NCBI GenBank assembly: GCA_951406725.2
Contig: OX597815.1
Coordinates: 98,084,001 to 98,148,000, forward strand
Direction: 5' to 3'
DNA from: Octopus vulgaris
Lineage: Eukaryota
Length of the DNA stretch: 64,000 nucleotides
Part shown: positions 56,353-64,000 of the stretch, in pieces
How positions within the stretch are numbered: position 1 is the first letter of the stretch
How the letters are laid out: every line of letters begins with the position of its first letter
Translations under genes and position numbers: made by a program
Notes under the pieces: model-generated
The model's database searches: none
What the model saw: the letters and a program-made list of their open reading frames with translations, nothing else
Told to the model about the DNA's origin: nothing

Positions 56353-56979
56353 CATATATATACGCACACACTGAACGAAACAGAGCTAGATATAGAATTT
56401 AGAAGGAGAAAGAGAGAGAGAGAGAGAGAGAGTAAGAAAGAGAAAGAGAGAGGGAGAGAGAGAAAGAAAGAGAGAGATGAGGAGAGTGACTGATTTCTGC
56501 AATTTATATATCTTCATATTTTTCTTTCTCACCTCCTCTTCTAATTTCGAAAACTCTTAAGCAAAATCAACTATTAATTCTATGAAGAATTCACAAAAAT
56601 TGCCCAGCAGGTGCATTCTAGAAACACGAAACTAACTAGCGTTTAGGTCATGACGAATTTATACGTCATTTTTTTGTCGTCCTTTCTTATCAACCATTGA
56701 CAAATTGTTTGTGAGAATGTTTAGAAGTATCAAGGAAAGAAAGCAAAACAACTTTGCACGATTTATACCTATTGTCTTTTACTCATGCATCAATCGACTG
56801 GAATTGAATTCTAACAACAAATCAAAACTAGTAATTGTTTTCCAAACGCTAATTGAAGTTTTCTCCTTACTTATGCTATTATTTATATACACTTCGCTTC
56901 TATTTTCTAAATGTCATGCTACTTAGTTTAGCTCTGTCACTGACGTTTTCTTTCGCATCATCATGAGTTGCCAATGTGC

Positions 56980-57032
<53 letters not shown>

Positions 57033-57192
57033 GAGTATGTGTGTGAGTGTGTGTGTGTGTAAGCGCGCGTATGCGGCAACGAATGTGTGCACGTGCGCGC
57101 ATTTATTTGCATGTGTGTATGCTTGAAATGTATTTGTGTTTCGTTATGAGAATGTATGCATACTTATATATACATATATTTATATATAAAAA

Positions 57193-57270
<78 letters not shown>

Positions 57271-57342
57271 CATTCATGTGTGTCGACATATATGCACATA
57301 CATATATATACATGCATATGGATCGACATGTAGATATAATAC

Positions 57343-57396
<54 letters not shown>

Positions 57397-57976
57397 TGTG
57401 AGAGAGAGAGAGAGAGAGAGAGAGAAAGTGGGTGAGAGAGAGAAAGTGAGGAGTGAAACAGCGTGTTTATTTAACCATGTAGATGGTAACCTGACTGTTA
57501 CCTGATTTATTAATGTGTATATATATTTCAGCTGTATATGTGCAGGTTTATAAACGCATTTATTCACCATATGCATGTATGCATGTATGAATGTTTGCAC
57601 ACACTCATACAAACACACTTATATGTATGTATTTACATGTACGACATACATATATACATGAAGACAACTGATTCAAGACATCATTGGAACTTTAAGAATC
57701 TGTAAAACCTGCCAGAAGTTTATTGTTTAAGTATACATGAGCATGTCTAGATATGCAAGCACATGCGTGAGAAGATATACATAAAGCAAAACATACAAAT
57801 CTGCACGTACACATACATATATACATACATACATATATACATACATACATGCATTCATACGTGCATACATTCATACATACATACATACATACATACATAC
57901 ATACATACATACATACTTACATACATACATACACGCTACATACATACATGCATACATACATACATACATACATACA

Positions 57977-58010
<34 letters not shown>

Positions 58011-58540
58011 CATACCCTGTTATAGATGCTGAAATTCCAATGAAGGAGCCTTAGATCTAGGTTAGAAACCGCTATTTCTCTATTAGCAAGAAATCTTGAA
58101 ATAAAAGTGAATAATGACACATACATACATACATACATACATACAAACATACATGCATTCATACATACATACATACATACATACATACATACATACATAC
58201 ATACATACATACATACATACATACATACATACATACATACGAGCATATATACATACTCTGTTGTTGATGTCGAAATTCCAATGGAGGAGCGTCGGATCTA
58301 GGTTAGAAACCGGCTCTTTTTCTATTGGCAAGAAACCTTGTAATAAAACTGAACATGGACCCATACATACGTACATACATACATACATACATACATACAT
58401 ACATGCATGCATACATGCATACATACATACATACATACATACACACATGTATACAAACGTACAACATACATACATACATACATACATACATACATACATA
58501 CATACATACATACATACATACATACATAAATACATACATA
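55230..58540. repeat. Very dense compound (TA)n/(TATG)n/(TG)n/(GA)n microsatellite region
   Basis: Direct reading; similar blocks at 13000-13250, 33940-34720, 38100-39100 and 43650-45020. Confidence 0.9.
58017..58360 (+). repeat. Two copies of a ~100-bp structured unit embedded in (TACA)n
   Basis: 58017-58118 and 58258-58360 share gaaattccaatg.aggagc...gatctaggttagaaacc...tctatt.gcaagaaa.cttg.aataaaa. Confidence 0.85.
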
Positions 58541-58871
58541 AGTATGGTGTGTGATTTTGTCATTTTAATGGCAGAGATTTTCTTTATTAACCTGTATAAT
58601 ACAGTGGTTGTTGTTCAGTTTGTGGTTGATTTTGTTATTGATTTAGTTCTTGCTTATCCTAAGGTAAAGCCGACCCGGCACACATCTATCCAAATGATTT
58701 TTATCTGTGACTCTCTCTTATTTTGGGGTTATACTCCTTTACTCTTTTACATGTTTCAGTCATGACTCATTCTTTGTAAGCATAGTACTTATTCTATTGG
58801 TTTCTTTTTGTCAAGCGATGGTGGAGGGGGGACAAACACAGACACAAACAACAAACGCATACATACATACA

Positions 58872-58907
<36 letters not shown>

Positions 58908-59863
58908 TATATATACTCACAAACACACACACACACACACACACACACATGGAACCTTGTAGTTAGGAAGTAAGCTTGTAGAATTATATTAAATATCTTG
59001 TTCCCTTATGATAGTTGAAAATTATTTTCTGTATATTTGACTACAATTTCCTGTACGTTGTGCAGTAACGTAGTGTAACTGTTTCACAAATTCTCATAAC
59101 TATTATCACATTATTTTTAGTAGGTATGAAATTTGGCAAATTTGTACGTCATTAGAACGTCGGACACAGGGCAATATGGTATTCGTTCAGCATAGTGTTC
59201 TCTAAACTCATTCTATTCAAGCCTCCACTTTGTCTTTCATCATAAATAAACTTCCATCCCAGAACTGAAGAGAATTCTTCTCCGTTTTACATATTCTCTC
59301 TAATTTTCTTCTCTTTGGATTGTACTTGCAATTCAAAGGTCCAGCTTTGTTATATTCCACTGATTCGTCCTGAGAATTACGTTAAGAATACATGCCTGTG
59401 GATTTCTGAGTGATCAACAGACTCAGAATTTGTGAAGAAATACTTTACACTACTGCCCAACTTACAGGTAACACTAATCAGTTTCCATAAAATCCTTTGC
59501 AAGTAGCATAAACAAGCAAAATGTATATTAAAGTCCTACATAACCCTAAAATAAGAGATAGTAGAAGATGGAATGCATTTGCACAGATATGTGCCGGATC
59601 AGGTTTCACTCTTACGTAAGCAAGAATAAAGACAATAAAAATATCAACAAACTCAGCAACATCATCGATATTCTAGTGGCTAACAGAAAAGTCTTTGCGA
59701 TAAAAAGATTTTTAAAAAAGTCCTTTGAAGTCACATCATGACAGATACATACCGCGAATAACATTAATTTCCCGTGTAGTGATTCAAATGTTCAAATAAC
59801 TGAATGCTCATTGTGGAGAACGACGGAGGATTCATTCAGTTATAATATTCTAAAAAGAAAAAA

Positions 59864-60065
59864 AGTGGCGAGGTGGCAGAAACGTTAGCACGCCGGGCGA
59901 AATGTTTAGCGTTGTATCTCCTGTCTTTACGTTCTGAGTTCAAATTCCACCGAGGTCGAATTTGCCTTTCGGGGTCAATAAATTAAGTACTAGTTGCGTA
60001 CTGGGGTCGATCTAATCGACTGGCCCCCTCCCTCAAAATTTCGGGCCTTCTGCCTAGAGTAGAAA
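59864..60065 (+). mobile_element. SINE family A monomer (tail type 2) with ~20-bp TSD
   Basis: TSD ataat(a/g)ttctaaaaagaaaa at 59842-59861 and 60066-60085. Confidence 0.9.
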
Positions 60066-60392
60066 ATAATGTTCTAAAAAGAAAATTTAGTGAGCTTGAA
60101 CAATAATGAATGTGTTAAGAAAAGACCACGCAGACACAGAAAGATATTTTCCACCACTACAGAGTGTAGGGTCATCTATAACTAATAATTTATGAAATAT
60201 CTTGCGTAGGACAACAAAAATATTTGGTGAACGAAAAATTGAAACTAATATATATTGTTATAATGTGATTTAAAAGTTAATTTTTTTTTGTCTCTGCACA
60301 TTTCATCAGCAGCGTTAATATAGCTCAGTTAACACGGCTGAAAATCTTGCTCCTTGCACAAACAGTCACTGGCGATCGCACGTCGACACCTG

Positions 60393-60710
60393 TTATCGGT
60401 TTCTTGCAACATTCCATATTTTCTGTTGCAACCACGACAGACTGTTGAGGTCGTTCAGAAAAGTATCGCCTCCACTACTACCTTTATGCAAATAGACAGA
60501 ATATCGCAGGAAAGCTGCATGCATATTCCCTGAGTCTAATAGCATACATCCGTCGTAGTTCGCCAAAGATATAATGGCACAATTGTCACCATATTTTGTC
60601 TCTGTTAACGGAGACCATAAAACAGTGTCCTTACCTCTACATCTAAGAGCACGCACCATAGCTTTGATGGCGCTTTCCTCTTTCACTCGAAAGAATTGAC
60701 TGAGAGCCAT
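60393..60710 (-). CDS. Unassigned 105-aa ORF in non-repetitive sequence
   Basis: True ATG in CAAAATGG context and ordinary amino-acid composition; no motif recognised. Confidence 0.2.
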   Translation of the reverse strand: MALSQFFRVKEESAIKAMVRALRCRGKDTVLWSPLTETKYGDNCAIISLANYDGCMLLDSGNMHAAFLRYSVYLHKGSSGGDTFLNDLNSLSWLQQKIWNVARNR

Positions 60711-61627
60711 TTTGCTGGTAGAACGTCGACTACGATGTTTTTTAAAAGAGTCTTTTATAATCTGGTTATTAGTTTCTTGTCTAATATACTATTTTATAAT
60801 TGATTCTTCGATACGCTTTAATAGATTCTACTTTGATAATTTTCAACAAAACAGGTGGTAGATGGCCATCCCGTTAATGTCTGTCTGATTAGTTCACTAC
60901 TCCGGTCACTAAACATTTTTCACAATGGGGTTGAAGAATTCAACGTCCACTTGATGGATTCTTGTCTGCATATTCTATTTGAGTTGTTTGTACAAGTCAC
61001 AAAGCTTTTATTAGAGAAACCATACAATGTGAGCACCTATGCCAACCCTTTCCACTGACTAGACAGATACTTTTTCAGATAGATTATAGTAAACCTGCAG
61101 CTATTGTCCATATCCACATAATAAATGTGTATATGGACAATAAATGTCACTAAAATGATCTACTAATCGTCCACCAGTTTTCCCGTTGTTCAATAAGACT
61201 CAGAATAAGCATTTTATACCAAAAATAATGTCTTGTTCTACAGATAAACTGGCCTTGATGGCAAAGGAAAGATAAGGTTTGTATATGGTGACGATGGGCT
61301 GGATGAAGAGATAGGTGTTGCAGCGGGAGGTGGAGCATTCAAAGGATCCAGGCTGGGCTGAGCTGAGGGAAATATGTCAGGGTATGGTTTTAACATCGTA
61401 GTGGGTGGCAGCATAGAAGGTCGTAATACCCACCAAGCAAAAAAGAAATAAAATAAATAAGAAACCCAGAGAATGAGGCATCGTATAAACCGCTGAGTGT
61501 TGGTCAGAGTTTGGAACACATCAACAGATGCAGAAGTATACAATATCATATACATGCACACACACACACACACGTATATGAACGTGTGTGTGCGTGTATG
61601 TTGTATGTATAAATATATACACACACA

Positions 61628-61659
<32 letters not shown>

Positions 61660-62040
61660 TACCTTCTCATACTGTCACGTTACTTTCGATCTCATACAAT
61701 CTCACTCTTTCACATTCATCACTAACCTCAGTCTTCTTCTTCTTCTTCTTCTTCTTCTTCTTCTTCTTCTTCTTCTTCTTCTTCTTCTTCTTCTTCCTTA
61801 TGTTTTCTTTCCTTTTTTTCGTTTTTCATTTCTTGCTCTCTTTTGATTTCTTCTGCCAAATTTAAATTAGATACAATTGATATTCATTGGTATTCGGCAT
61901 TCAACATTGGAATTCTGTACAATTTTGTGCCGATTCAAGTTTCCAAAACCATTGCCACGAATCAATGCAAACTGCAAGAACACAGCAAACATAATAACAG
62001 CAATAACAATACCAACAGCAATAACAACTACAACACCCTA

Positions 62041-62099
<59 letters not shown>

Positions 62100-62625
62100 T
62101 GTCTTTGTCATGAAAATTATAGACGCTTTGAGGAGTGGAATATAAAATAAAATGGATAGGGAAAATATTCAAACTAAAAGATAGAAAATGTAAAAATATA
62201 ATTTTGCCATACAAAATGCTCTTTTTCTAAAACGGTGAGTAAAGTTCTTCATCTCCGCCGTTATTCTTCTGAAATTAATGAATTCTTTACACAACCCAAT
62301 GTTTGAACTTCAGGCTTGATCCATTCACACACATTAAACCCCAGCTGCACACAACCACACTCCTTCAAAATATCTCCCTAAGCGACAGGTCGTTTAATCC
62401 TCGCCACTCAGATAGTGTGTAAATAGAATTCGTGTTATTATTCAAGTGTTGTAATGCCGAACATGCATGATGTGATCTTACCCTCGTCACTTGCAGCTTA
62501 ATCCTTGGTATGACAAAAAAACTGCAGCTTCTCAAGATAACTCGATAAGCTGATGGATACGTTCGTTTACAGCTAGTGGTCACAATGTTGCTGATATCTA
62601 AAAAATTTATTTCTCTCCCTCTCTC

Positions 62626-62663
<38 letters not shown>

Positions 62664-62667
62664 CTGC

Positions 62668-62707
<40 letters not shown>

Positions 62708-62754
62708 GTGTATATGTGTGCATGTACAAATATGTATATATTGCTGTATATATA

Positions 62755-62798
<44 letters not shown>

Positions 62799-62800
<2 letters not shown>

Positions 62801-64000
62801 CCCTCACCACTATCCACACCGCCCTTGCCAGAGCACGGTCCGTGGACCGTGTATCTGCTCTCTCTCCCCGAACCCGCCCTGTAGTCTCCCGCCTCCCTTT
62901 TCCCCTCACTTACCACCCCACGACCCTACGTCTCCAACGCACCATTCTTCGAGCTTTCCGTCATCTCCAGTCCGACCCGTCCACTTCACACCTCTTCCCT
63001 AACCGACCCCTCCCCTCTTTCAAACGAGCCCACAACCTTCGAGACCTTTTGGTCCATAGCTCCTTCCCTGACCCTACCTCCCAACCCGGCTCGTTCCCCT
63101 GCTCCCGCCCACGTTGCCGCACTTGCCCTTACCTCTCCAACACCACCCGCCTCACTAGCACCCACCATCGACCCTATCCCATCATCCACTCCTTCACCTG
63201 CACCTCCAGCAATATTATCTATTGCATCTCTTGCTCTCTCTGCAATTCCGTGTACATCGGACAAACGGGATGCCGCTTGGCTGACCGGTTCGCGGAACAC
63301 CTTCGTAACATCCACCTTGCGAACGACACACCGGTCTCACACCATTTCCGCTCCACCGGTCACTCCTTGCAACACCTATCTGTGTTCGGTTTGTCCTTAC
63401 ACAGAGGCCATCCGGATTCCCGTTTGCGCCGTGAACAGAAATTAATCTTCTCTCTTCGCTCTTATACGCCATTTGGTCTCAACTCTCCCCCCTCCTCATC
63501 TAACCCCCCTCTCCCCCCTCCTCACCTATCCTTTCTCCCCCCGACCCCTACTTCTTCAGTCCTTCATCCTTTCACCCCTACTCCCCTTCCCTTCTTCCCT
63601 CTTTCTCCCTCCCTCTTCCCCTTCCCTCTGCTCCCTCACTCCCTCTCTCCCCCTCTCCCTCGTTCCTCCTTCATCCCCCTCCTCCCCTTCCTTCTCCCCC
63701 ATCCTCTCCTCTTCCCCCTTCTCCTCCCCCTCTTCTTCCCCTAGACTTCTCTCCCCCCTCTTCTCCCCCTCTTCTCCCCCTCCCCATCTTCTCCCCCTCT
63801 TCTCCCCCTCCCCCTCTTCTCCTCACTACACCACATGACTTTACACATCACATCACATATGATGTGCCATACTAATACACACACCAACTAATACATACTA
63901 ATACGTACTAATACATACCAGTACATACTAATACTTACACCAACCCTATACATACACACGTCCAGACCCCGCATACGCACTTATACTCTCTCTCACACAC
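62799..64000 (+). mobile_element. 5'-truncated Penelope-like retroelement (Neptune type): GIY-YIG endonuclease and 3' region
   Basis: LPFPLTYHP, FKRAHNLRDLLVHS, Cys linker PCSRPRCRTC, NIIYCISC...VYIGQT, RFAEH, VSHHF, RE..LI..L...TPFGLN (ends ~63483). Begins directly at (TA)n, followed by C/T-rich and CA-rich 3' tracts. Confidence 0.92.

Noticed and set aside
61370-61420. PDZ-like GYGFNIVVGG on the plus strand
   Set aside because: The frame has stops just upstream and downstream and the rest of the domain is absent; likely the antisense of the Pro-rich frame.
63484-63838. Pro/Ser/Leu-rich extension of the Penelope ORF
   Set aside because: Read-through into a C/T low-complexity 3' tract beyond the GLN end of the GIY-YIG domain.

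Overview
AT-rich eukaryotic DNA dominated by microsatellites and transposable elements. The SINE families and the density of simple repeats suggest an octopus or other coleoid cephalopod genome; this is my inference, not a database result. No intact host protein-coding gene can be supported, and nearly all ORFs in the track are translated microsatellites. Recognisable elements: a decayed RTE LINE, two young 5'-truncated CR1/L2-group LINE copies ending in (TA)n, two R4/Dong-like LINE fragments, a Neptune-type Penelope GIY-YIG fragment, a DD37D/maT-like Tc1-mariner relic, a non-autonomous Helitron, a Tigger-like MITE, and many copies of three tRNA-derived SINE families, several with clear target-site duplications (TSDs). 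The most interesting signals are hammerhead-ribozyme-like motifs in short elements embedded in microsatellites. One is a three-copy family with a non-canonical CUGUNGA core. Another has a canonical core, a 113-nt stem II and an upstream anti-ribozyme fold. There are also several fold-back elements and modular or multimeric SINEs. All alignments and folds were done by eye.
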